A stretch of DNA of 41,678 bases from Phoronis australis (taxonomy: Eukaryota > Animalia > Phoronida). Position 1 is the first letter of the stretch; each line of letters starts with the position of its first letter. Both the position numbers and the translations under genes were made by a program. The stretch spans positions 197,661 to 239,338 of the forward strand of contig NMRA01000631.1 in NCBI GenBank assembly GCA_002633005.1. The letters are read 5' to 3'. The notes below the pieces were generated by a model that worked only from the letters and a program-made list of their open reading frames with translations, made no database searches and was not told the DNA's origin. Of the stretch, positions 22,766 through 36,800 are shown piece by piece.

Positions 22766-25174
22766 CTATGCTGCAGTAAGACGTGACTGTATCCCTTGCA
22801 TGAGCCAAGTTTTGTCTAGTGTGGCCGTAAGTCATTCAATTAAACCAGCACTTAGTGCATTATCTTAATTAGATCTGGTCAGATTATCTCCACATCTAAC
22901 CAGATACAGTATTTTCAGATGAAAAACCAATCACATCATCAGGTAAAGCTGCCAAGCGACCATTTCTGAATTTGATAATTTCTTCCACCTCCTTTTCTTG
23001 TAAATTGAGCCTCCATATCTTTGATTTCTACATGTTGTTAAGACAAAATGTTTCTCCACCTCAGTGACTGCATAGTAAGTGGTTCCTGATTGATTTGAAT
23101 TATGGGACAAGTCTCAGAACACTGTGTGAGGCACTTGGTTCTATTTTTACTATAAAATGAATGAAGCTGAAAATAATAGTTGTCCTAGAAATGGCTTGCC
23201 AAATTTCTCCTTGTTTATTAGCGAATAAATAAGCATTTCCTGCTTCTGGGAATGGCCCAAGGAAGGATATAAACATCCGCCCATGGTGTCAACAGTAGTC
23301 AAGTGGGAGATGTCACCAAAGTGTTAAACACTTGTTCTGCTAGATATTTACGTGAGCAACATCAACAACTTCCTGTCGGCCATTTTTCAGTTGGTGTGCA
23401 TTAGACATCTGGTCTCTATTTTCAGGATTCATGTGCAAGAGATTGCATTTCTAGGCTTGAGATCATTGACAGAACCTTAGGTGACTAGAACCTTGCTTGA
23501 ATGTTGTTTATGGATAATCTATGGGTTGGCTTTTACTAACTTCACATGTGAATTTTTGTCAGATGTTAGATTAGGTGGGCTAAATAATCAAGCTGATTAG
23601 CCATCTCGCTTTTAAGAAACAGGTTCCTATCAGATTCAGGACTGATCATCAACCAGCTGATGAAACCATCTTTGCAAGCGTTCATTTCTCATTTTTTCAG
23701 TCGTCAAAACATGTTTTCTCGTTAAATAATCTAATGTTCTTAGAACTGCTTTGTTGATCTACCATTCCCTATGAGCAGTAACATCCACTCTTTGTTCTGT
23801 TCAGTTTAGAAAGAACTTCAACATGTCGTGTTTAATGTTATGCATTAGTAAACAGGTTAATGTCCCATTTTCTTTCACAAAAGGGCTCACCCATAATGCA
23901 AAGGTTGTTTGACATTGGCCTGCTGATTTGATAGTATCATTGGCAAAGTGCCAGCCAATACCATCTGTTTAGTCATATCATTAGAATAATAATGCCGCCT
24001 TTGTCTTAAAGACTTTTCTTCCTGAACACAAAAACCGGTTTTAATACTTTGTATGTATTGATCACTTGACTGACCTTGTCACTAGTCATTTTCACCATCA
24101 AAATCCTGAAGTATTCATCAGAATCGTTGGATGTGTTGTGTTTTCCTCTTGTATTACAGTCACAGTTACACAACCTTTCTGGGAGTTTTACCCAATCAGT
24201 GGCAAGTGGGATGATGGGCTTGTTGGATACTTTCCTATTCTTGATCAGTTGATCCTCAATTTTGTAGGAGATAGGAAGATGGCATGAAGCCTGAAATTTC
24301 GACAGATCGCTTACTTATCGAATTACAATTGATGCAATGGCCAGTGTCCATTGTGCAGGTTTACTGACTTTTATAATAGTTGCATCATATTTAAATGCTC
24401 TCTCGGCAAACAGTGATCAGATCTTGGTGGATAGGTGCTCAATGCCATCTACGGATCCCACGTAATGCATACAGTAAGTTTCAGTTTACTGCTATCATAA
24501 TGCTGGCAAATTTCCACTGTTGTGCGAAGGGGTGTACAAATTGCTAAAGAAAAAGGCAAATATCCATGAATGAAAAACATCACATTCCATATATTTCCCA
24601 CTGCGTAGATTCCGTGTCCTGCAAAGTCAGAGCTGCGACTGAAAAAGCGGGAAAATCGATCCCAACTGCTGTTAATGACCTAAAATAAAGAAAAGAATTG
24701 AAGGGTCACTGAAAGTGATGTTTATTCCTCTATTTTTAAATTAATGAATTACTATGTATTACCGTTAAATGTGTTTCTGTCTACCAAATCACAGTTGGGG
24801 TCAAGCAGAAGTCATTTTCGTACTCTCATTACCCGAAAGAGCGGCAATATGAAAAGTCCGTTTGTTGTACGTCAATTCTATTTTTTGCCTGAAATCCTGA
24901 AGACTCAGCCTGTTGAATGCCTGCCTCAATGTATTGTGTCATAATTTTACAATATAAAGCAATGTGTGTGCTTCTTGGCCTGAAAGTTTCAGCCGTAACA
25001 ATCTATCTACACAATTACAATTTTAGAGCGTGCTTAGCAATTACACTCTGTGTTATACCTATCCTCAAAATTCCACAAATTTTTCAAAAACAAATTTCCA
25101 ATTTTTTAAATTGAAAGTCAAATAACTCAAAATGTTGGTGATGTTGTACTGTAGTCAATGAGTGTCGATCCATT

Positions 25175-25725
25175 CAGAAGCGTGTTCAACAGAGTGAGCG
25201 CCCGCTAGCGTGACGGTACTCGCGAACACAAGGAACACCTTCTGAACAGCTGTGAGCGCTCACTGTGCGATACAGCATGACGACTCTGAAGCAGATTGTG
25301 TTGAACGTCTTAGCTGATGAGCTTAACACTAACAGTCCTTCCTATGACGTACTGAGCGATGACTATGATTGATCTTTGCCAATATTAATATCGACAGCCC
25401 AAGACAACAACCGTGAAGGCTTTGGAATGACAAGAATCGAAAATTACGTTGAGGAAACTGTTCCTCGTTACAGCGACCCGCAATTTAAGTCGCACTTTCG
25501 AGTGAGTCGGTCAACTTTTGAGGTTAGTTTTCGTGTTGCAGAACCATAATGGGTTCATATGTTGCAGCCGTGAAGCCTTCGCGTCAGGACGCCATCTTGG
25601 AAATCAAGGCGAACATGCTCTCGAGGTTGTTTGCGAGCGCTCGCGAGCGCTAAGGTAAACACAGCTGTTCAGGACAAAGGCGCTCAAATTGCTCGCGGGC
25701 ACTCACTCTATTGACCACGCTTCTG
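25175..25725 (+). mobile_element. PIF/Harbinger internal-deletion derivative
   Basis: 35-bp TIRs CAGAAGCGTGTTCAACAGAGTGAGCGCCCGCTAGC / GCTCGCGGGCACTCACTCTATTGACCACGCTTCTG enclosing a transposase N-terminal fragment. Confidence 0.85.
25277..25522 (+). pseudogene. Harbinger (HARBI1-like) transposase first-exon remnant
   Basis: MTTLKQIVLNVLADEL...DDYD*SLP...RIENYVEETVPRYSDPQFKSHFRVSRSTFE followed by GTTAGT (possible donor). The VP.YSD..F..HFR.SR.TFE motif is characteristic of Harbinger transposase N-termini; one in-frame stop. Confidence 0.8.
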
Positions 25726-26016
25726 GTGATGTGGTAGTGTAGTAAATGAGTGTCCATGCTGCTCCTAAGTTTGAATGTTAATGTTTCTCTTTGGAAAATA
25801 ACTTATCTTACCAATGCAGATGGTTGTGTTGAGTTGATGTTGATGGAAGGTGATCTGGAAAGAATTTGTCATGGATTATCTAATCTAATTAAAGTACCAT
25901 CCAGTTGCTATGGTAATTGAAGAACTCTTGGGAGTCAGTAAATTGCTATCAACTGGAGTGTTGATGTACTTGTTGTGATCACTTCATGTGTTCAATATTG
26001 ACGACTGATTTTGTGA

Positions 26017-26128
26017 CATATGTTGATATGTTGATCCATGATCCACCACATATGTTGATCCACCACATATGTTGATCCACCACATATGTTGATCCACCAC
26101 ATATGATGATCCACCACATATGTTGATC
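26017..26128. repeat. Minisatellite, 17-bp unit, about 5 copies
   Basis: CATATGTTGATCCACCA repeated. Confidence 0.9.
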
Positions 26129-26129
26129 T

Positions 26130-26197
26130 CACTGTCCTTTTGGCACTTTCACGCCAGTGCACTGCCTTTTGGCACTTTCACGCCAATGCACTGCCTA
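26130..26197. repeat. Two-copy ~29-30-bp tandem duplication
   Basis: CACTG(T)CCTTTTGGCACTTTCACGCCARTG x2. Confidence 0.9.
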
Positions 26198-26407
26198 AGG
26201 AGATCATTTTTTCACAGTTAGTATAAAAGGTGATTTTGTCGATGAGCTTTTCAGCTGAAGTTTTGAATATTTCTCAGAGAAAGTGGGTGTACTGATACCA
26301 CTAAGACAAACTGAAATACCCAAAATGCAAAATACTCGACATTTGCAAATCCTGATATTCATATTTAGTTGCTGGATGTTTTTATTGCATGTTTAGGGCT
26401 AAATGAG

Positions 26408-26574
26408 TTCTGAGACATGAACACATGTTTGTCATTTCACTGATAGAATTCTGGGACATGAACACATGTTTGTCATTTCACTGATAGAATTCTGGGACAT
26501 GAACACATGTTTGTCATTTCACTGATAGAATTCTGGGACATGAAGACATGTTTGTCATTTCACTGATAGAATTC
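26408..26574. repeat. Minisatellite, 41-bp unit x4
   Basis: TTCTGGGACATGAACACATGTTTGTCATTTCACTGATAGAA repeated. Confidence 0.95.
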
Positions 26575-27439
26575 AATGAGGTGTAAGCTGTAGATCCAGG
26601 TAAACATCTGAGGCTTTGTATTAACTGATCCAGAGGTGGTAAATTAAAGTTGAAGGGCATTCCACCACAAGCTTGGGGGAGACAGAAAAGGCCTACCTTG
26701 AACTGTTTGGTCTAGAATAAAGAACATTAATGTCTGACTTCAGGAAGTCTGTTGTCACACAATGGATTTTAATAATTCATAAGGTGTTACAAACAGCTTC
26801 ACAATAGACACTAGTGACAACACAACACTATTTCTTCCATCTGTTTTCCTTTGTAAATAATACTTTTTCCTTTGTCCCAGGAGGATTCATTAGAATCGCA
26901 TAGAGTAACACTGCAAAGTCGTTTATCATATATGTCTTGTACTGTAGGGGTGTGGAGCTTTGTGGGAGATGGAGTTTTTTATCAAGGAATTATTTCAAGG
27001 ATTAATACATGTATGTATTTTGATAGCAGGTTGGTCAGTTATTTAATAGTGATGAATGCGTCCTTATGAAACTATTCCATCTTGATCTATATAATCGACT
27101 CAATGTGTCCCACTCCCAAGCACTTCTTGCCATAGAGCGTGTTGCCCAGTTGGCCAAGTCTTGTCACTATGCACCCGACGCCTCAGGCCCAGTCAGCCAA
27201 GCCTCGTTTCTATGCACCTGACGCCTCAAGACACCACAGAAATTATTAATTATGCATGCGGAGCATTGCATAAACACGCTTCTGGTTTTTTCTGTTAAGT
27301 TGTGGGATATTTGTTGTCTTGTGGTTGCAGAATGATAGTAAAAGATGGTTTAGGTTGATAAAGTGACACATAAAGGTGTTAAATTAGAGTAGGCGTGAAG
27401 ACATCCTAATGTACGCAATTGTGAAATCGTGCTGCGGTA

Positions 27440-28159
27440 CAGTACTTTTGTTTTGTTGACAGTTTTAACACCACGCTTGTGCTAGGACAATTGTAGTTTG
27501 CGCTACAACAAGTTACGTTAAAGCAAGTTACCCTAAACAGCACTTCATGCTTAGCTTAACGCCAAGTCGCATTTGGTGGTGTGGCAAAAATCTCAGGTCG
27601 CCAACGAAATATAAGCTTGACAAAACTGAAAATCCCAGGTTACCAAATGAAGTCTGATGAGGTTGTTGATCTGACATAAAATCGTCGACTAAAATACAAC
27701 AAACAAAAAAGGTCGAATAGTCAACGAACTAACATAGACCGCGGATGATGGCATACACTGGTGGCGTTTATTTCACCGATCTTGCCCGATTTTTGCCGAA
27801 CAATTCCGACTTTCGTCTGTTTACTTCCTGTTGTAATTTAAGCATGTGTTTGATGTGCTCTGATTGCAGTGGTGGCAAAAGCACGGATTTCAGGAAATAA
27901 ACGGAACAATTGTGAACCAAAGGTAACACATCTAGGAAAACTGTTAGTAATTTAAAGTTTGGAAGTCAACACCAACTTTGAAATGAATTTAGGGGGAATT
28001 ATTGTCTGACTGTGATACTCGCAGTGACGATTTTGTGGCGACTTGAGATTTTTTCCGGGTCACCAAACACAATCTTCTAAAACAAGTTACCCTAACCTCA
28101 GAAAGGTGGGGTAAGTTGTTGCACGTGTGTCGAGTTGACCCTGTTGTGTGAAAGTACTG
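27440..28159. mobile_element. Possible old TIR element
   Basis: TA|CAGTACTTT ... AAAGTACTG|TA; CAAGTTACCCTA motif near both ends (also seen at ~16206); CpG-richer interior. Confidence 0.35.
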
Positions 28160-29826
28160 TACTGTACTTTGGTTGCCTCAGTCGTTGTCAATATAGACTT
28201 TTCTGTTTGCACTTGGATGTCCTATAGTGACAGTGGGAGTGTACTTTGCAGGACTTTCCAATCAGCTGAAATACTGGGACAGTTATAAGTGGGCTTGAAT
28301 TTTTGTGGTTGTCTGCTTTGATTTCATTGTTCATGATGCTGATTCCTGGGCCCTAAGACATATGTATTTTTATGTGAATTATGGCAAACATGTATTATTC
28401 CCTTCAAATCAGTTTGCATGACCTAGTTTATACTTGAGTTTGTGGTTTGCCAAACCCTTATGCTGGCAGTTTCACAACTGACATGTTTTATATATATACC
28501 CTTAGTTTCAACTCTTAATACCATTTTCACACTTGACATGTTTTACTTTACCTTCAGTCAGACGCTTTTCATTGCCTCTTGACATATTTTACATTATTTA
28601 TAGTCTTATACCTTCAGTGAGACACAATTGTGTTGCTACTTCAAAAAAACCTAACTTTGTTTGGCATCAGCAAGGTATATCCAGCGGCTATCAATCAAAA
28701 ATGACTATGTCCAGCAGCTGTCAATCAAAACGATATTGAAACTTCCACCATGAGGTCATCGCCTTTTTATCTAAATTGATGACTCACATAAGATTAATAT
28801 TAGTAAGCTATTTGCTCATTGCAAACTAAAATCCCCAATATTCTGTTTGTTGTATATACCTATCAACAAGTTGTTCCCAAGTAGATTAGTTATTTGCCAA
28901 TATGGGGCACTTATTCACCTTATATCTAATCTGGTGTTTCGGTGTCAGCAATAGGAAACATTTGAGGTGAACCCTTTAGCTTTATGGGAGCATATTAAAG
29001 GACTTCACATTCTGGTGATCAAAATGGGCAGACTTTACTCTATCATTGCCATTTTTCTTTAGAACTGTGTTTCTCATTGCCAAAAAGATTTTGAAAGTAT
29101 GTGCAGTCGTTAAAAACACTATGAAATTGTTATTTGTTGGTGGATTGTTATGAACCTTTCAGAGTAGGAAGCACACATGATATTCTTACATTTGACCTTA
29201 TGCGTTGAAGCAGGTATTCTCTTGGTAGGGTGTTCAAGATTTCAGGTGAAAAAATACTATCGTTGGTCAATGAAGGGTATTGATTGAAATTCATAGCCCG
29301 CTTGTCTCGGTACATACCTTGTCTCACATCTGACATTGTTAAAATCAGTTGTTTTGAATTTGAGTCAATTATACCTCAACGATGGAAACTTTAGCAATTT
29401 TTCAAGTAAATGGTGGACTGAAATGTCTTCAAATGCAACAAAAATTAAATTATTTTTGGGATTTGGGAAATCTGTCTTTCTGTAATCTGTCAATGTTGTT
29501 AAACTGTAGTTATCTCCCATGAAATTGAGAATTAACTTGATCAAGGAGAAAGTACCCGACTCGCTGATTGGGGGATTTGACGGTAATCAACATCGTGATT
29601 GCAAGGAAGTATGAGTATTGAAAATTGAATGCTCAGTCCAAGACACAACTAAAGAGCACGATGATGTGCAAAATACTCTTATCACCATCTCGCAACAGTG
29701 GGGATATTTCAACATGTTGCAGTGACAGTCAGCATATTTCAACTTGTTGCAAGCTAGGTTGGAAAAATGTCTTTTCTTCAACTACAAAAGATTGCCTTGT
29801 ATAAACTTTATCACTGCCATATAGTA

Positions 29827-30733
29827 CCGTAAACTCACGGGTTAACTCCCATGCCCGGGTAAAAGCCCATCCCCGACTTTTGCCAAATTTCAATTTAAGC
29901 GCCAATGTTCTGGTTATCGCCATCCCCTACCTTGCACAAGTTTCAGCTTCTCGGGTAATTGCCCAGATTTGAATTAAGCATTTAGTCACAAACCCCTCGT
30001 TGCCATTGCAAAGTTAAGGTCAGGGCGGGAAGCAAACGAGTCTCAGTCTTTCAATAAATTTTTACACTCGCAAAATTTAGCGAGCTTATGAGGTATGACA
30101 TGAGACCTTATTTTGATTTTATAAACAGATGGCGTTGTCCATGGCTTTTATTCCCCGAAAGGAAAACCTGTCAAGCCTCAAACAACTCATGAGCATATTT
30201 GTCACGACAAATGATGCACTTGAGTTCGCATGTTTGAGACAGCTCAACTCAGTTCAGTTTTATCCTCTGAGTAGTCTAATCCCACCTTGCAAGTGTTAAA
30301 AGTTATTGAGAGACTGGGTCGCGTTTACGGCCGGGAAGGAATCATTGGCGTTTTACATTAAGGAAACAAAATGGAGTCACGTTCACTGACCTGAAATAGT
30401 ACCTGTTGATATGGCAAGTGATGCACTGCCATTTGAGTTTCATGAAGTTCCACGGTATGACATTTTGCAGTGCGCTAGTATATTTGAAAACTGAGTTTTT
30501 AGCCAGGTCTGGCGAACGTACACTTTCAAAGTCGAGATCCTGTTTCTGTTTGAGGCGTGAGAAACTTTGTCATTGTCAGGCTCTGCTGATCGACCAAACT
30601 TATGTGCTCTAATGAACACCCTGCGTGCTTGCCCATTTCGGCTAAAATGTGGACCTCGACTTTTGCCAATTTGCAGTTTAAGCGCCCACTGCTTGGGTAC
30701 TCACCCCCTCCCCCCCCCCCCGTGGGGTTACGG
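29827..30733. mobile_element. Tc1/mariner-pogo(Tc2)-like non-autonomous element with TA TSD
   Basis: TA|CCGTAAACTCACGGG ... CCCGTGGGGTTACGG|TA; subterminal block CGACTTTTGCCAA.TT.CA.TTTAAGCGCC present near both ends (~29874, ~30657). Confidence 0.75.
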
Positions 30734-31175
30734 TAATCTATTGAAAATTCTAATGATGACAGATTTGGGGCAATCAATTTTGTACAATAGGATATAAATT
30801 TCTTTAAGTTTATATCGTGAGTACATAGTTCTTCACTTGACCCTATCCCCACCAAACTGAAGTGAAAGTGTTTGTTTTGTGTCCATGTTAATTACATTTT
30901 TTCCACCACCAGTTGATCTCCGTCTAAGTATCTGTAGTAAGTGTTCAAATTACCATTGAAACGCCGACTGAATTCATTTAAGCAAATTAAAAAATTCCAG
31001 TTTGTATGTTGAGTGTTGAGCTAGGAATGGCAACGTGTTGTCTGAACTTTCACGATTCTAAAAAACGACTCAACAGTTTTCCTTCAAATTAAGTGCTATG
31101 ACGTCATGGTGTTACCATGGTAACCCTGTGCTGTATTGATGTTCCCAGGGTGTTTTGTTTTGTTGAAAACCAATT

Positions 31176-31310
31176 ACATGTCTGATCAATATGAAAATGT
31201 ATTTTAGTCAGATCTATTGGGCTGGGTAACAATGAGGTAGTTCTGAGGACGGCTACATGTCTGATCAATATGAAAAATGTATTTTTAATCAGTTCTGTTA
31301 GCCTGGGTAG
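31176..31310. repeat. Diverged two-copy duplication (~79-bp period)
   Basis: TACATGTCTGATCAATATGAAAA...CTGGGTA at 31176 and 31255. Confidence 0.8.
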
Positions 31311-33895
31311 TAGGCTAAAGATGGGTACATTGACTAATGGCACTGTAGGGGTTCTCAGTACATTATTTGTTGGTAAGTATCACTCACTCAGCAAGCCAAG
31401 GCATTTAAAACCTTTCTTGTGTATGTTTGTGGGACATTTTAAATAAAAAATTCAATACCGAATGAATTTGATGCGGGCGGGCATTTGTCAGTAGTGATGC
31501 AGGCGGACATTTTTTGTTTTAGTAGAGAGGTGCAGGTTTCATATAGGGTTTTTTGGCCTTAGGTTTAATAAAACTTAGCGAGCTTACACTTGGCGGGTTT
31601 TTTTCTTGAATTATGAGTAAAGCACGTGATCTGACTAGCTTTCACTCACAAGTTACAAGCGTTCCAAGAGAAATATCTCAGTAGAGCGGAAATTGTTAAA
31701 TGTCCCAATTTTTGAAAATGGTATTAGCATGCTAATCACTTACTGGTGCAGTTATGTGCTTTATTTCAACAATGTGAATTTTAATTAATCTGTAAATTGC
31801 TAAAATATTTCTAGGCACATTTATTTTGGAAAATTAGTGTAATACAAATCATCATTCTGTTGCGGTATTTTGATATAGTGCTGGGGAATGAGGCTATATA
31901 GTGTGGCTTGTATGGTTCTAGCCATGTGTGGTAAAATCTTGTCAAAAGGATATAAGGAACTTTTTATTCATTTTTATGAGCAATAAACTGCATCATATTA
32001 ATCCTTAACCATTTTTATGTGTTTAGCTGCTACCATCAAACATTATCTTGAAAATTTTTGGACATTCATATAAATATTTTAACATTTCAAACATGAATAA
32101 AGGGCAATTGGCATTATTTTTGTCTGAAATTGGCTAAAATTTCTCCACACTTGTCAGCAAAGGTAATTATTTTACAGATTATTTCATGATGACAGCCATC
32201 TCATTTACAGATATAGTAACTGGCCATTTCATCATGTAGTGGTGACATGGTGTTAGATGGCTTAGTTGGTGGACAATGTTGGCACATTTCCAAGTTTTTT
32301 TATAAAATCAGCAGACAATTGTACTATCAAATTGTCACTCTTGTAGTGTGAGTTATGCAAAAGTGATTCATGCGAAAGTGACTAGCATCTCAAAAGGTCC
32401 TTGAATGAAAGAAATTGTGTTTTATTCCTGTGAACTTAGCTCGTCTTGCACACCAGAATTAGGAATTGTGTCATGCATTCTAAAGGTGCTTTTGAGCTCT
32501 CACAATGCTAAAGAGTTTTTTGTAGAATGTTTCCTATTGGGGAACGTCTGCGAGAGTTAATGTACAGTCTGTGAGGTGAACCATTTACAACCTATGGAAA
32601 CTGACCTAACTGGTTATGTTGTGTGGGGAACCACCACTTGACTGACTTGACAAGGCTCAGGTTTCTAGTTAGACTGACAAGTTACTCTTCCAGCTGTGAG
32701 GTGTTGTTGTTAGCAAAAGACCACTTGTTTGTCAGTTGTTTCAAAAACTCAGCTTTGTATTTCCTCAAAGGTTCTGGCTCATTATTGGGAACAGCCTACT
32801 CAGTTGTGTACTGTACAGACTTTGTGTAACATCCTTATAGTACTTGCTGGGGTTGATGTCCTATCGAGGCCAAATATGCTCTGACCAAGTTTTGAAATTT
32901 CTTGTTTTTTGGTAAAATAGTGATGGGTTCCGTAAAAAATGTTAGCCTGAATGTGTGCAGTTGAGATATTAAAAAATGAAAACGTGTCAATATTGCATTC
33001 AGACTTTCAAGCTCTTAGTTGAAAGTGAAGTCTCATCCAGTTCTTTTTCTCGCTGCACTTCAGTAAGTAAAAAATCTATCCCAAGGTGTAGGAATCATTG
33101 TATTTGAACTCCAGACTACGTTGCTACAGATCAGATGATTTGTAATATTTCCTTTTTTAGAATGGTGGCCTGTGACATGATTTTGCTAGTTGTATGCCCT
33201 TCTAGTATGATCTCAAATAGGTGTGCAATGTGTCAGTCATGTTGTCTGGGTTTGGTGATTGACAGTCTGAAGTGGAATATTCAGGCGGCCATGCAACACA
33301 AAACCTTTACGATAAGACATGTGACCAAGACAACAAGATTTACATTCAAGTTAAGAAATTAAAATTACAATTGAAATAAAGCAGGGATCTCCTACCCACT
33401 GTCAACGCTGAATATTTGCAAGTTTCTTTATTATCCCTCTTACATAAATGTATTGCGAATTATGTTCCTTGAATTTTATCGTTGACCCAGTTTGACAATT
33501 GGAAACGAGAGCTAAGTTTAAGTAAACAAAATCACTTCCCTCTACAATGTTTTGGATACATGCTGTAATCAAGTCACTGTTTTCTCCAAGTTAATCAACA
33601 ACATCTTGTTTTTCTCAAGCCGTTCATCCTACCTGTTTATTATCATGCCTGAAGGATCACTCTGTGAGCTCTACATCCTTTGTAATGGTGTCACTCAGTT
33701 CACTAGTATCTTTGTATTATGGTCATTCATCTGTAAATTCCCTTAGCTATGTTCAAAGTTTTTTTCATGTACTGTTTGTTTAGTATGCATGCATGACACC
33801 TGGTGGAATTTTCCTGATACAATTTGCAATCTCTGCACACAATTGACTAGTTTCAGGTATTGAACAGTTATGTATTTTGTTTCATCAAATTTTAA

Positions 33896-36800
33896 AACGA
33901 GAGCGCTCGGAGGAGCGACACTTGGCGGAACTAATCGAAAAGACGACGATGAGGGAGACGACGACAATCAAGACGATCACGGCGGCAATTATGAATAAGA
34001 CGATAACACGATAACATTCATGTGACTAGCGAAGAAATCAAATAGAGAGCAGACAATCAACTACAATAAAGAACAATAGATGGCCCAGCATGACGGACGA
34101 GTCATGTCTGTTCCCACATTCTAAAATAGGTGGCGCTATGTGACAGTCTGCAAAGCAAAGTTATGTTTACAANAAAATGAAATTTGCCTTTGTTTTTTTT
34201 TTGAAACCTAGCCTCAGGAACCATGTTCAATAGGGGAATTACTATATGATGGTTCATGAATATAAAAACTGAAGACTAAATCCCTCTGTCAGCTCCTCCC
34301 ATTGTTTCATAAGGTTCAAGTTCACTAATTTATTTTAGCTGCGGCTTTACCAGCAGTAGCCGCTGGTTTTGTCGCGGATACATCTGGAAATGTATGGAAC
34401 AGGACGTCTTTGTTCATCAATTAAAGTTTCAAAAGATTTGCCTTTTTTCTCAAGACATTAGGTCATCCAATCATCGCACAGCACTGGAAAGTTTCCGGCA
34501 TTGAAATGGCAGTGCCAGTATACCAGTAGGTTGAAACCTCCCGTCTGTATTACATGGTATCTGTAGGTGGCGCTGAACGCCTGTCCACCTAAGACCTATC
34601 GCCGTGTGGTGGGTTAGTGAATTGCAATATAGCGTGGCTATTTTGAAAGTCAGTTATTGCAATTATATGGTGTTCGCTTGTAGTAATGCCATTTCACCAC
34701 GCTGGTCTAGTTCAATGCCTTGTGTGAAATGTTTGAAACTCTTAAACCTTTGATTAACCACAAATCGTAGTTTCAACCGCACCTATAGACACCCCTGTTA
34801 TCCGGACGGATTCATGCAATCTGACTTCTTTCACTGACAGAAATTATTTCTGAATCCCAAATTCTGAAAAAATGTTTTTGAACACCCACCTCCTGTTTTT
34901 CAAGTTCGCCTTGGCGTTAACATAGTACGAGTGTGGTAAGTATATCTACTTGGGTAATCTTACTTTCTGTTCACTTGAGTACTCATCCTCTAAGAGCTCA
35001 GGAAAACCCTAGCTACACTCCTAGAACTGGTTTACCTCTTGGGTTCATGATGGGTTTGGAGTTTGTAAGACTAAGTACAGGTGAACTTTTGATGAAGAAG
35101 GATCAGACGTTTCGTCTTCAAAGTCGTATCTACCCTATCCCTTCATTATCTATGTGATAAAATTGAGTGGTACAAGAGTTGTACAAAAGGAATGAAATTT
35201 TGTTACATTTTTAATAAATATTATGAAACCATTTGATGAAGCTTCAGTATTCAATTGCGGAGTTTCAGAACTCGGTTATGATTTACCTTTGAATAAAGTT
35301 TGCCATTTATTGTTAAACCCAGAAAATGAAAGCACTCTGAGGAGCGAAACTTGGCGAAATTAACCAAAAAAACACGTTCGAGAGGACGAGAAAAGACGAC
35401 GACAGAGATGATGACGAAGGTGACAGCTATGACGACGATGGTGGCGATAATAGACAACCCTAGTTATGATATCATTCATATAACGAACGTAGAGGTCAGA
35501 AATCACTAAGAAATAGGCTACAGTCTTGAGCGACACTTGGCGAAATTAACTGAAGAAAAGACGACGTCGGAGATGATGACGAAGATGACGAGTATGATGA
35601 TGGTGGTGGCCATGATGAAGAACATCATAACATTCATATGACGAATTTAGATGTCATAAATCATTAAGAAATAGGCTGCAGTCTAGTTCAATAGAAGCTA
35701 AACCAACCTGAATGCAGCAAGAACGCTCAACAAAGGAGCAGCGTTATCACAAAATCTCAAATAACTCGAAAAGTAGATGTCGTAGAGAAAAATGGAAAGC
35801 ATCTTCTGAGAGCCCGTTCAAAGCTCTATCTAAACTGATGGTATCGCCTGATTCCGTAAATTTTTCGAAAAAAATGAAATTGCGTTTTTTTTTAAAGAAT
35901 TTCAAAGTCAAATAACTCGAAAACGGTAAGTCTGAGAAAAAAATTGTTACAAGCCATTTGAAAGATAATACTTCAAAGAATCTACATGCAAAAAATCGGG
36001 AATTGGTCTGATAATGCGCCCTCTAGAGGAGAAAACGTTTTTAAGCCAAAATCGAGGTGCGCATGCGCGATCACCGATATTTCCGCCATCTTTAACCGGA
36101 AGTAAACAATTTCCGGTATACTTGTAGCAAGCTTCCGGTCCATTTACTGTGCCGATTCTTAGCCTTCTACGCAGGGACTCATCTAGCGGCCGTTCTGGCC
36201 GTCCTTAGGACGGCTCTTTTAAAAAAATGACGGCTTTGGACGGCACGGCTCAGACGGAAAAAAGACGGCCTGTTCCAAAACAACCTCGGCGAAAATGAAG
36301 GCTAAACGAAGAATTTTAACATTTATTATTAATAAATTTCATTGAAACCTACAATTCATTGTTTAAGTTCGCTAAATATTAAGAAATAACTCGATATTAG
36401 AAACTTTTGCCGTCTATTTGTACTATGACGATCGGCAAATACTGGCAGCCATCTTTGGGGAATACCTTCCTATTCTGTGACGTCAAGGGGGCTTCATACG
36501 GAATCCCCCGCACGACTAGTGTCGAGAAATATTGCATCCAGCACTAACTACCCATACATGGACACTTAATCTTTGAAATTGAAGACCCCACACCCGAAGT
36601 TCAAAGGATTTGCCGTACCCCTAGTACTAGTTGCCGACGCGGAAGTTGAAGCGGCACTCTACATATTCGACGGAGCAGCCAATTTGAAATAGCCGACGGA
36701 GAACGTACACTTCGAAAAAAATGATACCCGACAAAATTCTAGCATTGACCTGCCGTACAAATGCCATCAATGTCGTTGAACATGCAAACTTCCTTAATTT

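Noticed and set aside
32771-32829. Candidate next MTSS1 exon (AG|GT TCT GGC TCA...GSGSLLGTAYS)
   Set aside because: No similarity to G.TREIGSALTRMCMRH and it runs into an in-frame stop.
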